This document shows positions 28,585 through 38,067 of a stretch of DNA of 64,000 nt, piece by piece. Both the position numbers and the translations under genes were made by a program. The stretch lies in NCBI GenBank assembly GCA_001915065.1, contig MNDT01000003.1:6908-70907 (forward strand), read 5' to 3'. The DNA is from an archaeon 13_2_20CM_2_53_6 (GTDB taxonomy: Archaea; Thermoproteota; Bathyarchaeia; 40CM-2-53-6). Under the pieces are notes generated by a model, which saw nothing but the letters and a program-made list of their open reading frames with translations, was not told the origin of the DNA and made no database searches. The first letter of the stretch is position 1; every line of letters starts with the position of its first letter.

Positions 28585-28619
28585 AGCTCGGACCCTCGAT
28601 CATTACAGTAGTACTTACG

Positions 28620-29243
28620 CTACTTTCTTGCGGCTCGTTCCCCTGATACGATGTAGAGGACTGTCTCGCCGACGTATGTTGCATGGTCCGCGATCCTCTC
28701 CAGGTATCGTAGAATGAGCGTTCCGGATACGAAGCATTTCAGGTTCCCTTCGGGTACCTGGGCTGACTTCTTGACGAAGTCTAGATAGATGTTATCCACA
28801 ACATCATCCATCTTCTTCAGCTGGGAGGCAAGCTGTACGTCGCGCGCCGTGAATGCTTTGATGCTCACGAGTATCATCTGCTTGGCCTGTGCACCGGCTT
28901 CCTGAATGGCTGCTCTATCACAGCTGGATAGGTCGCCGAAGATGCCTAGGACATCGGAGATGTCGTGGGCGTATCTTCCGAATCTTGAGAAGCCGTAGGC
29001 TACCTCCATGCAAGATTTGATGAATCTGAGGTCTGAGGCAACCGGCTGGTAACGGGCGATGAGCTCGATGGCGAGTTCGCTCACTTCGTCTTGTAGCATT
29101 CGAAGCTCCTCGGACCAGCCGTAGATTCGCTCTCGTAGGTCTCTGCCTTGGACGTAGGCGTCTATGGCCGTGGATACGGTGTTCTGGGAGAGTTTGGCCA
29201 TGTCGAGGACCATGTTCCGGAGTCTCTCAAGCCCAAGGTCCAT
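28620..29243 (-). CDS. phoU: phosphate transport system regulator PhoU
   Basis: 207 aa with two PhoU repeats (..D..VD.....; ERIADHATYVGE) immediately downstream of pstB. Confidence 0.9.
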   Translation of the reverse strand: MDLGLERLRNMVLDMAKLSQNTVSTAIDAYVQGRDLRERIYGWSEELRMLQDEVSELAIELIARYQPVASDLRFIKSCMEVAYGFSRFGRYAHDISDVLGIFGDLSSCDRAAIQEAGAQAKQMILVSIKAFTARDVQLASQLKKMDDVVDNIYLDFVKKSAQVPEGNLKCFVSGTLILRYLERIADHATYVGETVLYIVSGERAARK

Positions 29244-29269
29244 GAGTCTAGGCAGACGTCGCTACCCTC

Positions 29270-30094
29270 CTAGCCAAACTTTCCCGTCAGGTATCTCTCC
29301 GTCAGTTCTTCCTTGGGATTCTCGAAGAGGCTTGTTGTTCCGCCATATTCGATGAGTTGGCCAAGATAGAGGAATGCCGTAACGTCGGATACCCTGGCTG
29401 CCTGTTGCATGTTGTGTGTGACGATCACTACCGTGTATTTCTCCTTCAGATTGGTGATCAGTTGTTCTATCTTGGCAGTCGCGATCGGGTCAAGGGCCGA
29501 GCAGGGTTCGTCCATCAGAATCGCTTCCGGCTCGACGGCGAGGGCTCGAGCAATGCAGAGGCGCTGCTGCTGACCACCGCTGAGACTGGCTCCGGAGTTG
29601 TCAAGGTCATCTCTCACTTCGTCCCAGAGGAATGCCTGTTCAAGACTACGCTTGACAGCCTCGTCGAGAGTGTCCGGATTTCTGACTCCGTTAAGCTTGA
29701 GACCTGCTGCCACGTTGTCATATACGGACATAGTTGGAAATGGGTTGGCTTTCTGAAAGACCATTCCGACGCGTCGCCTAACTGTCACAGGGTCGATTCC
29801 TCGCGAATAGATGTTGGCACCATCAAGAAGGACGCTTCCACTGGATCGGGCTCCGGGTACGAGCTCATGCATTCGGTTGAGGCAGCGTATCAGGGTCGAT
29901 TTGCCGCAGCCGGAGGGCCCAATGATGGCGGTCACCTGGTTCTGTCTTATTCCAAGTGAGATATCTTTCAGGGCGTGATTGTTTCCAAACCAAGCATTCA
30001 GCTTCTGGGTCTGGATCTTGAAATCTTCCATTGTTTCATGGGGAGAAGATTGCTCTCTATTTGCAGGTTTCAGTACTTCTATCTCTACTTTCAA
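29270..30094 (-). CDS. pstB: phosphate ABC transporter ATP-binding protein PstB
   Basis: 274 aa with [24 protein letters not shown] and [12 protein letters not shown]. Confidence 0.95.
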   Translation of the reverse strand: MKVEIEVLKPANREQSSPHETMEDFKIQTQKLNAWFGNNHALKDISLGIRQNQVTAIIGPSGCGKSTLIRCLNRMHELVPGARSSGSVLLDGANIYSRGIDPVTVRRRVGMVFQKANPFPTMSVYDNVAAGLKLNGVRNPDTLDEAVKRSLEQAFLWDEVRDDLDNSGASLSGGQQQRLCIARALAVEPEAILMDEPCSALDPIATAKIEQLITNLKEKYTVVIVTHNMQQAARVSDVTAFLYLGQLIEYGGTTSLFENPKEELTERYLTGKFG

Positions 30095-30096
30095 AG

Positions 30097-30948
30097 TCAG
30101 ACTCTTGACCTCAGCGAGTTGTATCTCCCTCTCGTTGCCAGTCTAACTCCAATATTGAGACCCAAGACCATGAGAATCAGAACAAGTGCTGCTCCCCAGC
30201 CTTGTTGACGAGCAAAGGCGTAGGGAAGATTCGCATCGCGATAAATCGTTAGAGGCAGAGCTGCAATGGGCTGGCTTAGCCCATTGAAGAAGAATTGGCT
30301 TCCGAGAACTGTCAGGAGTAAGGGCGCCGTTTCTCCCGATACTCTGGCAATCGCCAGCAGGATTCCCGTTATTACTCCGCTCCGTGCAGTACTCAGCACT
30401 ACGCTGATCGTGGCCCTCCACCTTCGGATTCCGAGTGCCATCGCTGCGTCGCGAATCGAGCTTGGAACGATCTTGATCGATTCCTCAGTCGTTCGTGTGA
30501 TTATTGGTAACATTATGATCGCGAGAGCAACGGCGCCTGCTATGGTTGAGAACCCTCTCATCGCAAGGACGATTATTGAGTAGACCAGGATGCCAATTAC
30601 AATAGAAGGAAATTCCGTTAGAACGTCGTTCAAAAATCTGACAGTTCTGCCATATTTGTTATCACCAAACTCTGCAAGGTATACTCCGGAGAGCAGACCA
30701 AACGGGACCGCCATCGCGCTGGCCAACGCTAGCAAAATCGCAGTCCCTTGGATAGCATTCGCAATACCTCCTCCCGCCTGTCCGAAGACTCCTGGGGGAC
30801 TTGTAAGAAATTGAGGGCTGAGGGCTGAGACTCCGTTTCGGACAACCTCGAATAGGATGCTGGCAAGAGGTACTATTGCAACGCCGACACAGAGCGCTCC
30901 GAGGCCATAAGCCAGTTTGTCTTGGAACCGTCGCAAGCCCGATCCCAA
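30097..30948 (-). CDS. pstA: phosphate ABC transporter permease PstA
   Basis: 283 aa. Permease with an EAA-type loop ([13 protein letters not shown]), in pst operon order. Confidence 0.9.
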   Translation of the reverse strand: MGSGLRRFQDKLAYGLGALCVGVAIVPLASILFEVVRNGVSALSPQFLTSPPGVFGQAGGGIANAIQGTAILLALASAMAVPFGLLSGVYLAEFGDNKYGRTVRFLNDVLTEFPSIVIGILVYSIIVLAMRGFSTIAGAVALAIIMLPIITRTTEESIKIVPSSIRDAAMALGIRRWRATISVVLSTARSGVITGILLAIARVSGETAPLLLTVLGSQFFFNGLSQPIAALPLTIYRDANLPYAFARQQGWGAALVLILMVLGLNIGVRLATRGRYNSLRSRV

Positions 30949-30951
30949 CTT

Positions 30952-31959
30952 TTACTCCACCCGTCCCTTGACTCTGAGCACTTTCCAAACCATCAACTGA
31001 GCAAACACGTTGATAATCAGCGCAAACGCGAATAGGATCAAGCCCAAGCCAATAAGCGACGAGAGAAGGAGCGACCCTGGGTTTGCCTCGCCAAACTCGT
31101 TAGCGATGAGGGAAGATAGGGTCTGACCCGATTGGAATAACGATCCAGGGAAAGCGGCCGGGCCTATGGCATTTCCAATGACCATCGTTACGGCCATCGT
31201 CTCTCCCACCGCTCGGCCGAGGCCAAGTATAGCCGCACCGAAGATTCCTGATCGAGAGTAGTTGAGAACTCCTATTCGAACGACTTCCCACCGGGTTGCG
31301 CCGATGCTATAGGCCGCCTCCCTTTGCGAGGAAGGAACCGCCATCATGACTTCCTTTGATATCGAAGACACTGTGGGGATGATCATTATTGCAAGAATTA
31401 GTCCTGCAGTCAAAATATCAAGCCCAAAGGGTGTTCCTTGAAACACTGCTATCGTCCCGAAGTCTCTTGAGAGCGGCTTCTCAATCAGATCTACTATCCA
31501 AAACCTGAAAACAAGGAGCCCCCAGAAGCCATAGATTACGCTGGGTACGGCTGCTAGGATCTCGATTAGTTGAGACAAGGGATTTCTGATGGACCCTGGA
31601 GCCATTTCTGCGAGAAAGATGGCAATTCCCAGACTGATGGGTACGCCTACTCCCATTGCAATGGCGGAAGTTACCAAAGTGCCCAAGATGTAGGGTAGGG
31701 CACCATAGACTTCCCTTCCGGCAACGGCGCTCCAGTCTGAGCCGAACACGAAGCTGATTCCGTATGCGTCGAATGCTGGAATTGACCCTCGGGTCAAGAC
31801 AACGGCTGTGAGGGCTAAGATTACCACCACGATAGCTGCAAACAGTGTCGAGGAAATTTCGAAAAAATCGTCGGTCGAGAATTGTCTTAGTCGTTCGAAC
31901 AGTCGAATCAGGCTCCGAGTTCGAACCGAGGAGTTTTTTTCTTTGACGGTGCGCGTCAA
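30952..31959 (-). CDS. pstC: phosphate ABC transporter permease PstC
   Basis: 335 aa with QREAAYSIGATRWE, in pst operon order. Confidence 0.9.
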   Translation of the reverse strand: MTRTVKEKNSSVRTRSLIRLFERLRQFSTDDFFEISSTLFAAIVVVILALTAVVLTRGSIPAFDAYGISFVFGSDWSAVAGREVYGALPYILGTLVTSAIAMGVGVPISLGIAIFLAEMAPGSIRNPLSQLIEILAAVPSVIYGFWGLLVFRFWIVDLIEKPLSRDFGTIAVFQGTPFGLDILTAGLILAIMIIPTVSSISKEVMMAVPSSQREAAYSIGATRWEVVRIGVLNYSRSGIFGAAILGLGRAVGETMAVTMVIGNAIGPAAFPGSLFQSGQTLSSLIANEFGEANPGSLLLSSLIGLGLILFAFALIINVFAQLMVWKVLRVKGRVE

Positions 31960-32065
31960 ATAGATGATCGCCCGTCGATGACTCTATGCTTCAAGAGATC
32001 CTGGAATCACGACGCCAATACAAGCATCTCTTGGTGAAATCAACAAGGCAAAAAGGGGTTTTTCA

Positions 32066-33238
32066 CTAGGGTGGAAGCGCATGCGAATTGAACGTAACAG
32101 AACTCAGTGTTGCGATGTCTAGAGTCAATACTGATTGAGGGAGAGGAACATATGATAGACCCGAGGCGAGTAGTTGTCCGTTTATCACTGTGAAATAAAG
32201 GAAGCTAACGAGAGCTTCTGCAGTTGCAAGGTTCAAGTTTGGAATGTGAGACAGCTCCTGATAGACCAGAATGTACACGAAGCTCGCAATGGGATAGGTT
32301 TGAGGACCAGTAGCGTTCAACATGTTTACGTTCGACCAATCACCGTTTCCAGGTGGAAGCGCAGCAGTCGAATTCGAGACAGCGTAGGCAGTCGTCGCTA
32401 AGGAGGGCAGAACATAGTTGAGGTCATGATTGAGGACTGCGGCATATGTCATGGGCGGGGAGGCAGAAAGTGCATAGTTCAGCTCCACATATCCAATAGC
32501 GTATTGGGTGGTTTGAATGAGGGTTGCGACACCTTCGTTTCCCGGTGCTCCCGTGCCAATGGGAAATACGCTGGCCGATTTGCTAGCACCCTGCTTCCAA
32601 ACTGATGACCTTGCGAGCCAGCTTGTGAATATGAATGTCGTTCCTGAACCATCAGATCGATGTACGACTTGTATGGTATTGGAGGGAAGGGACAATGTCG
32701 GGTTTAGGTCTTGGATTGCCGGATCGTTCCATTTCGTGATGTTGCCTTGGAATATTTCTGCTGTTATGGTCACGTTCAGTTTAAGCCCAGTCGTTATTCC
32801 CGGAACATTGTAGGCTATAGCTTCCGAGCCTATGGTCGCCGGGATGTGCAAGGGTGTGCCGATGGTATTCGTAATATTTGTCCACTGGCTGGTCGAGAGT
32901 GGAGCGTCAGTTGCACCAAAATCTACCGTTCTCGCTTGAAAGTCTGCGATTCCAGCGCCGCTACCAACACTTTGATAATTGACCTGAATGTTCGGATAGA
33001 ATTTGCTGAAATTTCCGGCGATCGCGGAAAAGATCGGGTAGGCGAAGGTCGAACCTGCACCGGTGATTGAAATGACTGATGAGCCTGACTTGAAACCGCT
33101 CCCAAAGTAGTACCCAGCGACCCCGCTAATTGCGCCCAAAACAACAATTGTGATCACGAAAACGGTCTTGCTAATTCCAGCCGCTCTGTGCGTCCCAATA
33201 CCTTGACCACTTGCCATTATTACCTGGCACCTGGTCAA
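32066..33238 (-). CDS. pstS: phosphate-binding protein PstS (membrane-anchored)
   Basis: 390 aa. N-terminal TM anchor, GAGSTFAYP..., NYQSVGSGAG, HRSDGSGTT. The start could be MASGQG (33217). Confidence 0.85.
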   Translation of the reverse strand: MTRCQVIMASGQGIGTHRAAGISKTVFVITIVVLGAISGVAGYYFGSGFKSGSSVISITGAGSTFAYPIFSAIAGNFSKFYPNIQVNYQSVGSGAGIADFQARTVDFGATDAPLSTSQWTNITNTIGTPLHIPATIGSEAIAYNVPGITTGLKLNVTITAEIFQGNITKWNDPAIQDLNPTLSLPSNTIQVVHRSDGSGTTFIFTSWLARSSVWKQGASKSASVFPIGTGAPGNEGVATLIQTTQYAIGYVELNYALSASPPMTYAAVLNHDLNYVLPSLATTAYAVSNSTAALPPGNGDWSNVNMLNATGPQTYPIASFVYILVYQELSHIPNLNLATAEALVSFLYFTVINGQLLASGLSYVPLPQSVLTLDIATLSSVTFNSHALPP

Positions 33239-33654
33239 GAGCTACCAAGTAATTAGCCGTCTCACTGATTATACTGAGGCGCTACATAGATACGTAGATC
33301 ACAATAGGCGCCTGGTGATCGTTGCCCAATCCATTGATCTTGTCCTTCCCGGAATCTCGGATTGCCCGCTGGCGATTAGGTCGACATGCGCTTCGAGGTC
33401 GTAAGTTTCTCCACTTTCGACAGTATCTGGATAGGGCCGGGCTGGTTCCTGATCGATAGAAATGACAGGGCCGATGGAACTCCGTTTGTTTCCCGGATCT
33501 CCACTCTCCTCAGCGGCAGACTCGTGCGACGTCAGAACTACTTCGTCCATTATCGTCTACTAAGAGCAGCCAATGAGGTAGGTATATGTAGACGCTGAAC
33601 CGAGTATATAGCTAGCGTAAATATATCCATAGTAATCAGTAGAGCTGCAGAAAA

Positions 33655-34695
33655 TTGAACGAAGTGGAGCTGCGGAAGTTGCAGATGACGGGAGGAGCTA
33701 GCTACACTGTCTCTCTGCCCAAGGACTGGGTGAAGGAGCAGGGTCTCAAGGTGGGAGATGTCGTTGCTGTCATGCCGCGGTCGGATTCGTCTTTGACCTT
33801 GATGCCTCACGAGAAGCTGCCTGCTGGCCAGAGTAAGGGTGCGGAGATAACGGTTACCCCTCAGAGGGACCAGGATAGAGAGCAGGTTCTTCGGACGATT
33901 CTCGCGCAGTATTTGGCGGGATATGATATCATAAGGGTCAGTTTTCCGGCTTCATCCAGGCCTGATCTTAGAACGTTCCTGAGGGAGTCTGCGAGGAAAA
34001 TGTTCGTGGGCTCGGAAATTATCGAAGAGTCGAAGGACGAGCTGATAGTTCAATGCTTGTCAAGTTACGGAGACCTTCCTGCGCCTAAGGTCATCTCTCG
34101 TATGAGTCTGATTGCGAAGCTGATGCTCAGAGACGCTGTAGACTCTTTGAAAGGCAGGGATCCAGCCATGGCGGAGGAGATTGTTCGTCGGGACGAGGAG
34201 GTTGACCGGTTCTACCTGTTCATCATTCGGCAGCTGACGATGGCCGTTCTAAATCGAAGCCTCATACTGGAGATCGGCCTGTCCGATCCCCGGGACTGTC
34301 TCGTCTACCGCGTGGTCTCGAAGAGTCTAGAGCGGATAGCTGACCACGCAACGACCATCGCCAAGATGTCTGCAGGAATTGAAAGTCCGCTTCCACCTCG
34401 ACTGATTGATGAGATATCCAAAGCCAGCGATCTTACCATTTCGGTTTTGGAGGATGCGCTAAAGTCTCTTGCCAAGAGCGACGGGAGCCTTGCCAACAAG
34501 TCGATAGCCTTGGCTGAGAGCGTTGAGAGAGAAGCAGAGAGTGTTATGGACAAGCTGTTCAGCTTCAAGCTTAGCCAGAAGTCAATTGTCGCGGTCCGTC
34601 TTGCGCTAGAGAGTCTCAAGCGCATATCGGAGTATTCCGAAGATGTGGCGGAGATGGCGATAAATCTGACAGCCCGAAGAACAGAACTCTACTGA
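33655..34695 (+). CDS. AbrB/SpoVT-domain + PhoU-domain putative phosphate-uptake regulator
   Basis: 346 aa. N-terminal GGASYTVSLPKDWVKEQGLKVGDVV (AbrB-like swapped hairpin) followed by two PhoU-like repeats (EEVDRFY..; LERIADHATTIA). Confidence 0.8.
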   Translation: MNEVELRKLQMTGGASYTVSLPKDWVKEQGLKVGDVVAVMPRSDSSLTLMPHEKLPAGQSKGAEITVTPQRDQDREQVLRTILAQYLAGYDIIRVSFPASSRPDLRTFLRESARKMFVGSEIIEESKDELIVQCLSSYGDLPAPKVISRMSLIAKLMLRDAVDSLKGRDPAMAEEIVRRDEEVDRFYLFIIRQLTMAVLNRSLILEIGLSDPRDCLVYRVVSKSLERIADHATTIAKMSAGIESPLPPRLIDEISKASDLTISVLEDALKSLAKSDGSLANKSIALAESVEREAESVMDKLFSFKLSQKSIVAVRLALESLKRISEYSEDVAEMAINLTARRTELY

Positions 34696-34876
34696 TCTCC
34701 ACAAACTCGTGACCGAAGCACTCATACTGACGACGAGTGGAGCGACTGTTAGCCAGAGCATCCTCTCTTCGAGACGAAGTGACTTCAGGAAGAGTTGAAT
34801 CGGAACACTATTCTAATGACTACTGATGAGGAATACTAAAAGGGGGAGCCAAGATTCGTGACTCCTCCGCTGTAAT

Positions 34877-36715
34877 GTGCTAGAACAAAGTGTAGGACTC
34901 TTGGACGGGTTTCCGGTTCCGGTTGAATCAGCATACAAACAAATTGGCGCATATGGAGTCATCGGCAACACTAGGACGGTGGCCCTTGTCGGCTATGATG
35001 GATCTATTGATTGGTGTTGTCTGCCCAGATTCGACTCGCCCAGCCTCTTCGCGGCGATACTCGGCAACAGGACAGGCGGCAGATGGAGTCTCGCACCAGT
35101 CAGGAAAGGCCATGCCTCCCAAACTTATCTGAAAAACACCAACATTCTCGTAACCGAGTTCAGCGTAGACGGTTCGAGAGTAATAGCTACGGATTTCATG
35201 CCATGCTCTAACTCTAGAGATGCATGGTCGGCTCCGCCCGAGATCCATAGGGTTCTGAACTGTGTTGAGGGAAAGATCAGATTTCGACTCGATCTTGATC
35301 CCCGTTTCGACTATGGAGTGATCCGACCTGATGTGGGGGTGGATGGGAGGAATGCCTCGTTTAGGAGCCCGCGGGACGAGATGGTCTTGGCATCTACGGT
35401 TCGGCTTAAGCCTCCCAGGACTGGCCACCTCTCAACCGATTTTCAGATGTCTCGAGGGGATCGAGAGATTTTCGTTTTGAGCTATGGGGAGGCTGAACCT
35501 CGTGAGGTGGAGGAATACAACACTATCGAGCAGTTGCAGCAGACGGAGATTTTCTGGAGGACTTGGGTTCGAAAGTTGCGTTATGAGGGACGTTGGCGGA
35601 GGGAGGTGATACGCTCCGCGCTGACGCTGAAGATGCTTGTCTATGCTCCGACAGGGGCTATTGTTGCTGCGCCCACCACTTCGTTGCCTGAGGTCTTTGG
35701 GGGGGACATGAACTGGGACTATCGGTATTCTTGGATTCGAGATTCTGCCCATTCGCTCTGGGCCTTTCATCTGCTTGGAGACACCAGCGAGGCGGAGAGG
35801 TATCTCCGCTGGCTCATCGAAACCGACCCCGCTCTAGATCTCAATCTCCGGCTCATGTACACAATTCAGGGCCAGCCTGTCGCGCCGGAGAGGGCCGTAT
35901 CTTCACTTGAGGGCTACCGAGGGAGTAAGCCTGTGAGGATTGGGAACGCGGCGGCGCAACAGTTCCAGATGGACGCCTACGGCTACATGCTGGACGCGCT
36001 GTACTTTTCGACGAGGCACGGCGTTTCTATCACCCGGGGGATGTACTATCGGTTCGTGAAGCCTCTCGCTGATTTTATCGTCGATCACTGGCGCCTTCCT
36101 GGAAACGGTATCTGGGAGCTCCGGGGCAAGAAACGGCATTATGTTGAGACGAAGGCCATGTGCTATGCGGGTCTTGAGAGGGCTGTGGAGATCGCAAGGG
36201 TCTCCAAGCATCTGGAGGACGTGCCGAAGTGGCGGAGGGCCATGCATGAGATCAGAAGAGAGGTCTTGTCAAAAGGCTGGTCTGGTAAGAGGAGCGCTTT
36301 TCGGATGCATTATGGAACAGACTCGTTGGACTCTGCCAGCCTACTGATGCCTCTCATAGGATTCACCAAGCCTCGAGACAGACGCGTCGTCAGCACGGTG
36401 GACGCAGTGATGAAGGAGCTCGCACGGAACTCGTTGCTCTACCGATACAAACCGAACAGCGGATCGAAAAACCATGAGGGAGCCTTCCTAGTTTGCAGCT
36501 TCTGGCTCGTAGCCTGCCTCGCGAGGATGGGCCGGACAAAAAGAGCGCTAACCATTTTCAAGGACCTCTTGGGCTACGCGAACCACGTGGGACTATACTC
36601 TGAGGAGATTAATCCTGACACTCTGGAGTTTATGGGGAACTTTCCACAAGCCTTCAGTCACATGGGACTGATAATGGCAGCGTTCGAACTCGACAACGCT
36701 CTAGATGGGAAGTGA
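34877..36715 (+). CDS. glycoside hydrolase family 15 (glucoamylase/trehalase-like)
   Basis: 612 aa (GTG start). YGVIGNTRTVALVGYDGSIDWCCLPRFDSPSLFAAIL, WDYRYSWIRDSA, the (alpha/alpha)6 catalytic region and FPQAFSHMGLI. Confidence 0.9.
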   Translation: MLEQSVGLLDGFPVPVESAYKQIGAYGVIGNTRTVALVGYDGSIDWCCLPRFDSPSLFAAILGNRTGGRWSLAPVRKGHASQTYLKNTNILVTEFSVDGSRVIATDFMPCSNSRDAWSAPPEIHRVLNCVEGKIRFRLDLDPRFDYGVIRPDVGVDGRNASFRSPRDEMVLASTVRLKPPRTGHLSTDFQMSRGDREIFVLSYGEAEPREVEEYNTIEQLQQTEIFWRTWVRKLRYEGRWRREVIRSALTLKMLVYAPTGAIVAAPTTSLPEVFGGDMNWDYRYSWIRDSAHSLWAFHLLGDTSEAERYLRWLIETDPALDLNLRLMYTIQGQPVAPERAVSSLEGYRGSKPVRIGNAAAQQFQMDAYGYMLDALYFSTRHGVSITRGMYYRFVKPLADFIVDHWRLPGNGIWELRGKKRHYVETKAMCYAGLERAVEIARVSKHLEDVPKWRRAMHEIRREVLSKGWSGKRSAFRMHYGTDSLDSASLLMPLIGFTKPRDRRVVSTVDAVMKELARNSLLYRYKPNSGSKNHEGAFLVCSFWLVACLARMGRTKRALTIFKDLLGYANHVGLYSEEINPDTLEFMGNFPQAFSHMGLIMAAFELDNALDGK

Positions 36716-36799
36716 GGCGCGTCTCCCACCGACATCGGACTGGACAGGAAGACTCTTGACATCCCCAATATCAGACAATCAGTAGCGACTGCCCTATTA

Positions 36800-37282
36800 T
36801 CACAGGATTATTTCGAGTTCAATCTCGTCTCGAAGGGGGATTCCCTCCTTTCCCAGTATTGGGATCTCAGGCTTCAACCTCCTGGACTTTTCGAGCGCAT
36901 TCGGGTAGACGGCGACGATGTGAAGCCCCCACTTCTGATAGAACCGCAGAGAACTCAGATTGTCGTTTGTGGTTATGAGCCAGAGCCGTTTACAGCGAGC
37001 CTTGATGGCCGCGTCTCTCACGGCGTTGAGAAGTGATGATCCCGTTCCTGTTCCTTCCGAGAGACTGTTGATGGTGACGACCTCGCATTCGTCACCCTGT
37101 ACTCTGAACGTGACGAGCCCGACTACCTTCTCGTCAGCGACTGCAGCGAAGCCTTCTAGCTCGCTAGGGTCGAACATTCTCCCCTTGCTCACGACCCGGG
37201 TGGACCCCCACTGGTCTTGTATGAAGCTCGTCACCATCGAACGATCCTCCCTGGTCAACGGTCTGAGACGAACCTGTAGCAA
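36800..37282 (-). CDS. GNAT-family N-acetyltransferase
   Basis: 160 aa with an acetyl-CoA site-like GTGTGSSLLNAV..A and FYQKWGL. Confidence 0.8.
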   Translation of the reverse strand: MLQVRLRPLTREDRSMVTSFIQDQWGSTRVVSKGRMFDPSELEGFAAVADEKVVGLVTFRVQGDECEVVTINSLSEGTGTGSSLLNAVRDAAIKARCKRLWLITTNDNLSSLRFYQKWGLHIVAVYPNALEKSRRLKPEIPILGKEGIPLRDEIELEIIL

Positions 37283-37361
37283 GGCTGATCCTCCTAGCCG
37301 AGCAGGTCCTAGTCCGAGTCTATTAGAAGATGGTTCCTCGAATAGCTACCTCGAGTGTAAC

Positions 37362-37562
37362 TTACCTGGAAACTATGAGGTCACGCTTAGTTGTGCGTCT
37401 AAGCCTCCTACCGTCGGATCGTGTTAAAGGCCCTTGGAGTTTGACCCATTCTGGTATTATGATTGCTCTGAGCAGCTCTTGGAGTGTTATGCCTCGCTCC
37501 TGGGCTATCCTATTCAGTTCGTCGTATACTGTTTGTTCTACTGTTTGCATGAATTTTGTCAA
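37362..37562 (-). CDS. small RHH-like protein (paralog of 43926-44192)
   Basis: 66 aa. M(T)KFMQTVEQTVYDELNRIAQERGITLQELLRAIIIPEWVK aligns with MPKFMQSLGIETYHRLVTEAKARDVTVQSLIRTVIVPDWLK. Confidence 0.45.
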   Translation of the reverse strand: MTKFMQTVEQTVYDELNRIAQERGITLQELLRAIIIPEWVKLQGPLTRSDGRRLRRTTKRDLIVSR

Positions 37563-38067
37563 ATTTTCTCATCTCGCACATACTCAAGCCGGGAGTCGGA
37601 TCTTTGACGGGAGAGAAGTGTTGGAATCCCAGAGGGTCTTGGTAGCCCTTGAAGGTACCCTACGGGTCTAGCAACGGTGCCGGCCGCGATTACTACCGCG
37701 ACTCGCGGACGGAGGCGACCACGACATTACCGATTCCCGTCCGAATTTTTTTTCTGCGAAATTCGGCCAGCCCTTTTCGGGTCTAAAAACCTGTTTTTGT
37801 TCCAAGTTTTGTACAGTGGTGTTCTAACTTTTCTGCCGGTCAGAACCATTTTTCACCGGCCAGCTCAATTACGCGATCGATTTCTAGTCATACAGAGTAA
37901 AAAGAGTATAGAATCCCCCGTTCCCAACAGACTTCCACACGCCAATCGAAGGCGAAAAGTGACTTGTCCAACGCAGATGTCGGAAAAGTCTTACTCTTAT
38001 AGCGCGATTCCCCGTTTGTGTACTCTAGATTCTAATCTTTTAGATTCTCCCTGGTTCATGAAAGAGT

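Noticed and set aside
33299-33550. 83-aa acidic ORF between pstS and the AbrB-PhoU regulator
   Set aside because: There is no recognisable domain or conservation evidence. It may instead be part of the pst promoter or leader region.
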